Shown: positions 26,112 through 32,000 of the stretch, in pieces
Layout of the letters: every line of letters starts with the position of its first letter
Position numbering within the stretch: position 1 is the stretch's first letter
NCBI RefSeq assembly: GCF_000023205.1
Contig: NC_012803.1
Location: 1,920,001-1,952,000 of the forward strand
Length of the DNA: 32,000 nucleotides
Direction: 5' to 3'
Source: Micrococcus luteus NCTC 2665
GTDB taxonomy: Bacteria > Actinomycetota > Actinomycetes > Actinomycetales > Micrococcaceae
The notes under the pieces: generated by a model
Told to the model about the DNA's origin: nothing
Seen by the model: the letters and a program-made list of their open reading frames with translations, nothing else
Databases searched by the model: none
Program-made: the position numbers and the translations under genes

Positions 26112-26381
26112 TCAGGCCCGCGGGGCGTCCAGGAGCCGAGCCAGACGGGCCGGGTCCACGCGCCAGAAGTCGCGCTGGACGCCGTCGACGAACAGCACGG
26201 GCACCTCGTCCGCGAACCGCTCGAGCAGGGCCGGGTGCGCGGCGCCGTCGACGGCCTCCCAGGCCTCGCCCCGCGCGTCGCACACCTGCGCCACCGTGGC
26301 CTCGGCCTCGGCGCACAGGTGACAGCCGGGCTTCACGAGCAGCTGGACGCGGGCGGTGGTGGCGGGCAGATCGGCAGTCAT
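26112..26381 (-). CDS. glutaredoxin-like small protein (DUF836-type, CxxC)
   Basis: 89 aa: MTADLPATTARVQLLVKPGCHLCAEAEATV...VPVLFVDG. This gives a thioredoxin fold with a CHLC active site. Confidence 0.75.
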   Translation of the reverse strand: MTADLPATTARVQLLVKPGCHLCAEAEATVAQVCDARGEAWEAVDGAAHPALLERFADEVPVLFVDGVQRDFWRVDPARLARLLDAPRA

Positions 26382-26387
26382 GGCCCC

Positions 26388-26393
26388 ACTCTA
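26388..26393 (-). promoter_or_regulatory. -10-like hexamer TAGAGT, 6 nt upstream of the ATG (26381); leaderless-type promoter candidate
   Basis: The plus strand reads actcta, which is TAGAGT on the minus strand. The spacer is ggggcc, followed by ATG. Confidence 0.4.
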
Positions 26394-26408
26394 CGGATCG
26401 CCGTCCAC

Positions 26409-26447
26409 GACGAAGCCGCCGCCCCCGGAGGGGACGGCGGCTTCGTC
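26409..26447 (-). terminator. GC-rich hairpin downstream of the bS22 gene (I-shaped terminator candidate, no U-tract)
   Basis: The left arm gacgaagccgccgcccc pairs with ggggacggcggcttcgtc, giving a 17-bp stem with one bulged base. The loop is cgga. On the minus strand the hairpin begins 26 nt after the bS22 stop. Confidence 0.55.
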
Positions 26448-26473
26448 TCGTCAGCGCCCGGAGGGCGCGGGCA

Positions 26474-26572
26474 TCACTTCTTGTTGCGACGCTGGTGACG
26501 GGTCTTGCGAAGCAGCTTGCGGTGCTTCTTCTTCGACATGCGCTTGCGGCGCTTCTTGATCACAGATCCCAT
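26474..26572 (-). CDS. ribosomal protein bS22 (32-aa Lys/Arg-rich actinobacterial small-subunit protein; Rv0500B-like)
   Basis: The product is MGSVIKKRRKRMSKKKHRKLLRKTRHQRRNKK. AAGGAG lies 5 nt upstream of the ATG at 26572. The sequence closely resembles the mycobacterial bS22 peptide as I remember it. The track ORF (26474..26704) carries a spurious N-terminal extension. Confidence 0.85.
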   Translation of the reverse strand: MGSVIKKRRKRMSKKKHRKLLRKTRHQRRNKK

Positions 26573-26735
26573 GGGGACTCCTTGAATCGGGGCGAGGGTC
26601 GGCGGTCGTGGGACCGCAGGCATCCGGGGCGCCGGACACGCCGACCCGCATTCCACCGGATGTGGAACGCCTGGAAACGTTCTCGGCCACAATACCGGCC
26701 GCACGGGCCCCGGTCGAACCGGGACGGGGACCGAC

Positions 26736-27989
26736 TCAGTCGAACCAGGGGTCCAGCCCGTGCAGCGGGAACACCTCGCGGCGCGTGGCCATGATCGACT
26801 GGTCCACCGGGTCGGCCGGGTCGTAGCCCACCTCCCACGAGCGCCACCACACGTCCGCGTCCTCGCCCATCACGGTGGGGACCCGCTCGGCGTCGTCCCC
26901 CACGTGCACGGACATGTCACCGGTCAGCTCGTCCGCGGTGAGGGCCCGGACGTGCTCGATCCAGGCGGCGGGGATCTCGCTCTTCACCGGGATCGGGGTC
27001 TGCAGGACGGCGGCGGTCAGGTGGGTCCACGCGCGCGGCACCACCCGCAGCGGGTTGTAGCCGCCGCCCCCGGTGGCCAGCCACCGGCCGTGCGCGAACC
27101 GGTCGGCCCAGTCGCCGACGTCGAATGCGAGCTGGCGCTGGCCGTCCACGGTCAGCCGCAGGTCGGCGAGCGGGTCCGTGAGGTGTCCGTCGCAGCCGTG
27201 CTGGCTGACCAGCACGTCCGGGGCGAACGCCTCCAGCAGCGGCGGGACCACGGCGTGGGCGGCGCGCAGGAAGCCGGCGTCGCCGGTGCGCGGGGGCAGC
27301 GCGACGTTCACCGCCGTGCCCTGGGCGGCCGAGCCGCCGATCTCGTTGGCGAAGCCCGTGCCCGGGAACAGGCTGATGCCCGTCTCGTGCAGGGAGATGG
27401 TGAGCACGCGGGGGTCGTCGTAGAAGATCGACTGCGTGCCGTCGCCGTGGTGCGCGTCCACGTCGACGTAGGCCACGCGCTCCGCGCCGAGGTCCAGCAG
27501 GCGCTGGATGGCCACGGCGCAGTCGTTGTAGATGCAGAACCCGGACGCCGAGGACCGGGCGGCGTGGTGCATGCCGCCGGCGAAGTTCACGGCGCGGTCC
27601 ACCTCGCCGGACCAGATCGCCTCCGCGGCCACGAGGGAGCCGCCCGCGATCCGGGCGGCGGACTCGTGCAGGTCCGGGAACACGGGACAGTCCTCGGTGC
27701 CCAGGCCGAAGCGGCCGTCCTCGGCCGACGACGTCTCCGCGGCCCGGCGGACGGCGGCGACGTACTCGGGGTCGTGGACGAGGGCGAGCTGCTCGTCCGT
27801 GGCCACGGGCGGCTCCACGATCCGCACGTGGGGCGCGTCCAGCAGGCCGAACGCCTCCACGAGCCGGTGCGTGAGGTCCAGCCGCAGGGGCGCCATCGGG
27901 TGCTCCGCGCTGAACCGGTAGCGGAGCAGGCTGGAGTCCCACACCACAGCGGCGGGGGTGGGAGCGGGAGGGGCGGACGTGGTGCTCAT
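26736..27989 (-). CDS. acuC: histone deacetylase-family protein (acetoin utilisation AcuC-like deacetylase)
   Basis: 417 aa. Recognisable stretches are ...HPMAPLRLDLTHRLV...LVHDPEYV..., the active-site region NFAGGMHHAARSSASGFCIYND, the metal ligands VDVDAHHGDGTQ, and ...GGGGYN. The start is the ATG at 27989 or the in-frame GTG at 27992. Confidence 0.85.
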   Translation of the reverse strand: MSTTSAPPAPTPAAVVWDSSLLRYRFSAEHPMAPLRLDLTHRLVEAFGLLDAPHVRIVEPPVATDEQLALVHDPEYVAAVRRAAETSSAEDGRFGLGTEDCPVFPDLHESAARIAGGSLVAAEAIWSGEVDRAVNFAGGMHHAARSSASGFCIYNDCAVAIQRLLDLGAERVAYVDVDAHHGDGTQSIFYDDPRVLTISLHETGISLFPGTGFANEIGGSAAQGTAVNVALPPRTGDAGFLRAAHAVVPPLLEAFAPDVLVSQHGCDGHLTDPLADLRLTVDGQRQLAFDVGDWADRFAHGRWLATGGGGYNPLRVVPRAWTHLTAAVLQTPIPVKSEIPAAWIEHVRALTADELTGDMSVHVGDDAERVPTVMGEDADVWWRSWEVGYDPADPVDQSIMATRREVFPLHGLDPWFD

Positions 27990-27997
27990 CACGGTCC

Positions 27998-28003
27998 AGC
28001 CTA
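27998..28003 (-). promoter_or_regulatory. -10-like hexamer TAGGCT, 5-8 nt upstream of the acuC start (GTG 27992 / ATG 27989); leaderless-type promoter candidate
   Basis: The plus strand reads agccta, which is TAGGCT on the minus strand. It is followed by ggaccGTGATG. Confidence 0.35.
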
Positions 28004-28125
28004 GGGCTCCGGGCGGCACGGTGGCGACGATCGCCTCGGATGTCTCGCCCGCGTGACGCGCGGGCCACGGGGCGCGCGATACTGGGAGCCGGTCCGTTCC
28101 CCGTCCCCCGTGCAGGAGGTGCCCC

Positions 28126-29601
28126 GTGGCAGGTCCCCGTCCGACCCCGCACGCCCACCGCCGCGGCGGGGTGCGCCGGCCCGGCGGACTCCCCCGGCCC
28201 GGCCAGGCCTCCACGCTGGAGTCCTCGACCGACCTGCGCACGGCGCTGCGGCGCTCGGGCCGCGCCGTCAGCTCCGTGGTGGGCGGCTCCCCGGCCCGCG
28301 CCGCCCTCTCCGCCTTCGCCCTCATGGCCCTGGTGTTCACCGGGCTCCTCGCCCTGCCGTGGGCCGCGGCGGACGGCCACGCCACCCCCCTGCACGACGC
28401 CATGTTCACCGCGGTCTCCGCCTTCTCCGTGACCGGTCTGACCACCGTCAACACGGCCGTGCACTGGTCCCCCGCGGGCCAGGTGATCATCCTCGTGGCC
28501 ATCCAGATCGGCGGCCTGGGCATCCTCTCGATGGCCTCGCTGCTCACGCTGGCCGTCTCCCGGCATCTGGGCCTGAGGTCGAAGCTGGCGACGCAGCAGG
28601 CGGGCATGACCTCCGGCAGTCTCGGCGAGGTCGGCCAGCTGCTGCGCGTCGTCGTCCTGACGGTGCTGACCGCCGAGGCCGCGCTGGCGCTCGTCCTCGT
28701 GCCGCGGTTCGCGGCCATCTCCGGCTCGTGGCTCACCGGCCTGTGGCACGGGGTCTTCTACTCGGTCAGCGCCTTCAACAACGCGGGATTCACCCTGCAC
28801 GTGGACGGCCTGCCGGAGATCATGCACGACCCGGTGATCATCACGGTGCTCGGCGTCGGCGTGTTCCTCGGTGCGCTCGGCTTCCCCGTGGTCATGGTGC
28901 TGCTGGAGAAGGGGTGGCGGTTCCGGCAGTGGAACCTGCACACCAAGCTCACGGTCGAGGTGACGCTGACACTGCTGGTGCTCGGCGCCGTCGCCCTCTT
29001 CTTCTTCGAGGCGGACAACCCGGCGACCCAGGCCGGCATGGGCTTCTGGCAGCGGGTCGGGCACTCGCTCTTCGGCTCCGTGATGACCCGCTCCGGCGGC
29101 TTCGCGATCGACGACACGAACGCGCACCAGCCCGAGTCCCTGCTGCTCATGGACGCGCTGATGTTCGTGGGCGGCGGGTCCGCCTCCACCGCGGGCGGCA
29201 TCAAGGTGACCACGCTGGCGATCATGTTCCTCGCGATCGTGGCGGAGGCGCGCGGCGACCGCGAGGTGACGGCGCACGGCCGCACGATCGCCCCCGAATC
29301 CCTGCGCGTGGCCATCGCGGTGCTCGCCCTCGGTGCCACCCTCGTGCTCGTGGCCACTCTGGCACTGGTGCACATCACCGACGAGTCCATCCAGCGGCCC
29401 CTGTTCGAGGTGATCTCCGCGTTCGGCACGTGCGGACTCTCCGTGGGCGTCTCCGCGGAGAGCCCACCGACCGGCAAGTACGTCCTGACGGCCATGATGT
29501 TCGCGGGCCGCGTTGGTACGATCACGTTCGCCGCCGCCCTGGCCCTGCGCCAGCGGCGCGTGCTCTACCGCTACCCCGTCGAGAGGCCGGTCATTGGCTG
29601 A
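28126..29601 (+). CDS. trkH: TrkH/KtrB-family potassium uptake membrane subunit
   Basis: 491 aa. There are repeated pore-loop motifs: FSVTGLT, AFNNAGFT, TRSGGF, STAGGIKV and AFGTCGLSVG. AGGAGG lies 6 nt upstream of the GTG at 28126. The Arg/Pro-rich N-terminal ~50 aa means a later start cannot be excluded. Confidence 0.85.
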   Translation: MAGPRPTPHAHRRGGVRRPGGLPRPGQASTLESSTDLRTALRRSGRAVSSVVGGSPARAALSAFALMALVFTGLLALPWAAADGHATPLHDAMFTAVSAFSVTGLTTVNTAVHWSPAGQVIILVAIQIGGLGILSMASLLTLAVSRHLGLRSKLATQQAGMTSGSLGEVGQLLRVVVLTVLTAEAALALVLVPRFAAISGSWLTGLWHGVFYSVSAFNNAGFTLHVDGLPEIMHDPVIITVLGVGVFLGALGFPVVMVLLEKGWRFRQWNLHTKLTVEVTLTLLVLGAVALFFFEADNPATQAGMGFWQRVGHSLFGSVMTRSGGFAIDDTNAHQPESLLLMDALMFVGGGSASTAGGIKVTTLAIMFLAIVAEARGDREVTAHGRTIAPESLRVAIAVLALGATLVLVATLALVHITDESIQRPLFEVISAFGTCGLSVGVSAESPPTGKYVLTAMMFAGRVGTITFAAALALRQRRVLYRYPVERPVIG

Positions 29602-30271
29602 CACCCCGCAGCGCACCGATCCCAACGCCCCCGTGCTCGTCGTGGGGCTGGGCCGCTTCGGCGCCGCCACGGCCGAGGAGCTCGTCGCGCAGGGCCGCGA
29701 GGTGCTCGCCGTCGAGCGGGACCCCGTCCTCGTGCAGCGCTTCGCCCCCTCGCTCACTCACGTGGTGGAGGCGGACGCCACCGACTCCGAGGCCCTGCGC
29801 CAGCTCGGTGCGCAGGACTTCGCGACGGCGGTGGTCGGCGTGGGCACCTCCATCGAGGCATCGGTGCTGATCACCGTGAACCTCGTGGACCTGGAGATCC
29901 CCCACATCTGGGTGAAGGCGATCAGCGAGGCGCACGGCACGATCCTCAAGCGGATCGGGGCGAACCACGTGATCTTCCCCGAGCACGACGCCGGCGTGCG
30001 CGCGGCCCACCTCGTGAACGGGCGCATGCTCGACTTCATCGAGTTCGACGACGACTTCGCGATCGTGAAGATGTACCCGCCGGCCGAGTGCGTGGGCTTC
30101 ACGCTCGCCGAGTCCCGCGTGCGCTCCAAGTACGGCGTGACCGTGGTGGGCGTGAAGACCCCGGGCGAGGACTTCACCTACGCGCAGCCGGACACCCGGG
30201 TGGGCCCGCGCGACACCCTCATCGTCTCCGGGCACACGGACCTCATCGACCGGTTCGCGGCCCGGCCCTGA
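29594..30271 (+). CDS. trkA: TrkA/KtrA-family potassium uptake regulatory subunit (RCK_N + RCK_C)
   Basis: The Rossmann motif is VLVVGLGRFGAATAEELVAQGREVLAVERD, and there is a C-terminal RCK_C region (...VGPRDTLIVSGHTDLIDRF). The proposed TTG start at 29594 overlaps the trkH stop by 8 nt and has GAGAGG 7 nt upstream. The GTG at 29633 is an alternative. Confidence 0.8.
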   Translation: MADTPQRTDPNAPVLVVGLGRFGAATAEELVAQGREVLAVERDPVLVQRFAPSLTHVVEADATDSEALRQLGAQDFATAVVGVGTSIEASVLITVNLVDLEIPHIWVKAISEAHGTILKRIGANHVIFPEHDAGVRAAHLVNGRMLDFIEFDDDFAIVKMYPPAECVGFTLAESRVRSKYGVTVVGVKTPGEDFTYAQPDTRVGPRDTLIVSGHTDLIDRFAARP

Positions 30272-30286
30272 GGCACACCGGAGCCG

Positions 30287-31117
30287 TCAGGCCCCGAACT
30301 CCTCGGCCATCTCCTTGTCGCGCTGCGCGGCCGCGTCCATGGCACGGTTCACGAGGTCGCCCATGCCGCCGTCCAGGAACGCCTCCACGGCCTTCTCAGT
30401 GGTGCCGTTCGGGCTCATCACGGCCTTGCGCAGAGCCTCGGCCCTGGCCCCCTCCTGCTGGAGCATGATGCCCGCGCCCTTGACGGTGGCCGCGGCCATG
30501 GCCTCGGCGGAGGCGGCGTCCAGTCCCATCTCCGCACCGTGGGCGGCGATCAGCTCGGCCAGCAGGAACACGTAGGCCGGGGCGGAGCCGGCGGTGGCCA
30601 CCACGGCAGAGAGCTGCTCCTCGGCCACCGGCACCACCAGGCCGGAGCCCTCGAAGAGGGCGCGCACGGCGGTGGTCTGCTCCTCGGTGACGCCCGGCCC
30701 GGGGGCCATGCCGACAACGCCGGAGCCCACCGTCAGGGGCGTGTTCGGCATGGTCCGCACGATCGGCTGCCCCGCCGGCAGCACGGCGGCCATGGTGGCG
30801 GAGGTGACGCCGGCTGCCACGGACACCACCACGGCCTCGGGGCGCAGCGACGGCGCCAGGTCCGTGAGGGTGGCGACCATGTCCTTCGGCTTCACGCCCA
30901 CCAGGACGATGTCCGCCTCGGCGACCGCGGCATGGTTGGCGCGTTCGTCCCGCTCCTGGGAGGTCACGGTGACGCCGTGCTGCGACGCGGCCTTCTCGGC
31001 GGAGGCGGCGGAGCGGGTGGTGGCGGTGACGTCCTCGGCGCGCACGGCGCCGGCCTCGAGGGCTCCGGCGAGGATCGCGCCGGTCATGGTGCCCAGGCCC
31101 AGGATGGTCAACTTCAT
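30287..31117 (-). CDS. proC: pyrroline-5-carboxylate reductase
   Basis: 276 aa: MKLTILGLGTMTGAILAGAL...IVLVGVKPKDM...RTMPNTPLTVGSGV...SPNGTTEKA. Its ATG at 31117 overlaps the upstream stop as ATGA. Confidence 0.9.
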   Translation of the reverse strand: MKLTILGLGTMTGAILAGALEAGAVRAEDVTATTRSAASAEKAASQHGVTVTSQERDERANHAAVAEADIVLVGVKPKDMVATLTDLAPSLRPEAVVVSVAAGVTSATMAAVLPAGQPIVRTMPNTPLTVGSGVVGMAPGPGVTEEQTTAVRALFEGSGLVVPVAEEQLSAVVATAGSAPAYVFLLAELIAAHGAEMGLDAASAEAMAAATVKGAGIMLQQEGARAEALRKAVMSPNGTTEKAVEAFLDGGMGDLVNRAMDAAAQRDKEMAEEFGA

Positions 31118-31986
31118 GGTCGGCCCGTCTCCTTCGTGCTCGGGCGCGGGGCGCCGTCGTCGTCGTGGTGGTCGGTCCCGCCGGCGGCCAGATGCTCGCG
31201 CGCGAACGCGAGCGAGGCGGCCAGCTTCTCCTCGCGCTGGCCCGCGTACTCCACGCCGCGGGTGCCCACCTCCACGCACACCGCGCCGGCCAGGCCCTCG
31301 GTCGCCACGTGGCGCAGGGTCTCGGCCACGCGCTGCGTGCCCTCGCCGGGGACCAGGTGGTCGTCCTTGCCGGAGTCGTCGCCGTCGGTGAGGTGGACGT
31401 GCCGCAGCCGCGGGCCGAGCTCGCGGACGGCCGCCAGGGAGTCCGCCCGCGCGATGGCCGCGTGGGAGAAGTCCCAGCAGATGTGCTCGTACGGCTCGGG
31501 CAGCGGGTTCCAGTGCGGCAGGTACATCTTGGCCTCGCGGCCGTAGGCCCGCCACGGGTACATGTTCTCCACCGCGATCACGACGCCGGTCTCCGCCATC
31601 AGCTCGTGGATGCCCTCGGCGAAGCGCACCGCGTACGTGCCCTGCCAGCGGAACGGCGGGTGGGCGACCACGGTGGCCGCGCCCACGGCCTGCGCCAGCT
31701 CGACGGAGCGGCGGATCTTGGACCACGCGGAGCCCCAGACCTGCTGCGTGAACAGCAGAGTGGGCGCGTGGATGGAGTCGATGGGCATCCCGTGCCGCTC
31801 GGACAGCCGCGCCAGCCGCCGCGCGTCCTGGCTCCACGCGTTGTGCGTGACCATGACCTCCACGCCGTCGTAGCCGAGGTCCTCGGCGGTGGCGAACACG
31901 TCCTGGGTGCCCAGGGGGAACACGGACGAGGAGGACAGGGTCACGGGGATGTCCGCGCCGAAGCGCACCGCGGGGGCCAGGTGCAC
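31114..31986 (-). CDS. sugar phosphate isomerase/epimerase (xylose isomerase-like TIM barrel) family protein
   Basis: 290 aa: ...LGYDGVEVMV...HAPT...VVAHPP...IAVENM...HVHLTDG... This matches the AP_endonuc_2 / TIM-barrel pattern. The GTG start at 31986 is 14 nt from the window edge, so the true start is uncertain. Confidence 0.7.
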   Translation of the reverse strand: MHLAPAVRFGADIPVTLSSSSVFPLGTQDVFATAEDLGYDGVEVMVTHNAWSQDARRLARLSERHGMPIDSIHAPTLLFTQQVWGSAWSKIRRSVELAQAVGAATVVAHPPFRWQGTYAVRFAEGIHELMAETGVVIAVENMYPWRAYGREAKMYLPHWNPLPEPYEHICWDFSHAAIARADSLAAVRELGPRLRHVHLTDGDDSGKDDHLVPGEGTQRVAETLRHVATEGLAGAVCVEVGTRGVEYAGQREEKLAASLAFAREHLAAGGTDHHDDDGAPRPSTKETGRP

Positions 31987-32000
31987 GGTGGAGTCCGCCA

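Noticed and set aside
26573-26735. A search for the small HTH (Rv0500A/BldC-like) gene that neighbours bS22 in other actinobacteria.
   Set aside because: The gap is too short (163 bp). No frame on either strand gives an HTH-like peptide, and the ORF crossing it (26560..26850, minus strand) is an Arg/Pro/Gly-rich shadow frame.

Overview
The window is a very GC-rich, densely packed chromosomal segment (GC judged by eye, not computed). It looks like core genome of a high-GC Gram-positive actinobacterium; Micrococcales-like is only a guess. I support 31 protein-coding genes and no gap longer than about 190 bp. I found no rRNA or tRNA genes, no IS elements, integrases or phage genes, no CRISPR array, and no recognisable defence or toxin-antitoxin genes.

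Gene content, left to right:
- a truncated hypothetical gene and a PAP2-type phosphatase
- a 2-oxoacid dehydrogenase operon (E1alpha-E1beta-E2, bkd-like) with a divergent Lrp/AsnC regulator
- an MFS transporter and an NCS2 nucleobase permease, divergently transcribed
- oligopeptidase B
- a GH15 glycosidase divergent from a Zwf-type glucose-6-phosphate dehydrogenase paralog
- menB, an AAE-family transporter, menE and menA
- two small membrane proteins (DUF4229-like and PLDc_N-like)
- a System II cytochrome c maturation cluster (histidine phosphatase, ResA-like thioredoxin, CcdA, ResB, CcsA)
- a Pro-rich membrane protein, a glutaredoxin-like protein and the 32-codon ribosomal protein bS22 gene
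- an AcuC/HDAC-type deacetylase, trkH-trkA, proC and a TIM-barrel sugar-phosphate isomerase-like gene

From menB to the right edge, the gene order matches, as I remember it, the Mycobacterium tuberculosis Rv0498-Rv0548c backbone, but without the heme block.

I do not see a convincing new multi-gene system. The observations most worth following up are:
1. an AAE transporter apparently co-transcribed with menB inside the menaquinone cluster
2. a 14-bp tandem repeat in the shared GH15/zwf control region
3. a degenerate ~33-nt triple repeat plus hairpin upstream of leaderless menB
4. a recurrent leaderless-promoter architecture (TANNNT 5-8 nt before the start codon), including two 65-bp divergent promoter pairs
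5. the easily missed bS22 micro-gene with a structured upstream region

The many very long ORFs antisense to, or out of frame with, these genes are treated as GC-composition artefacts.
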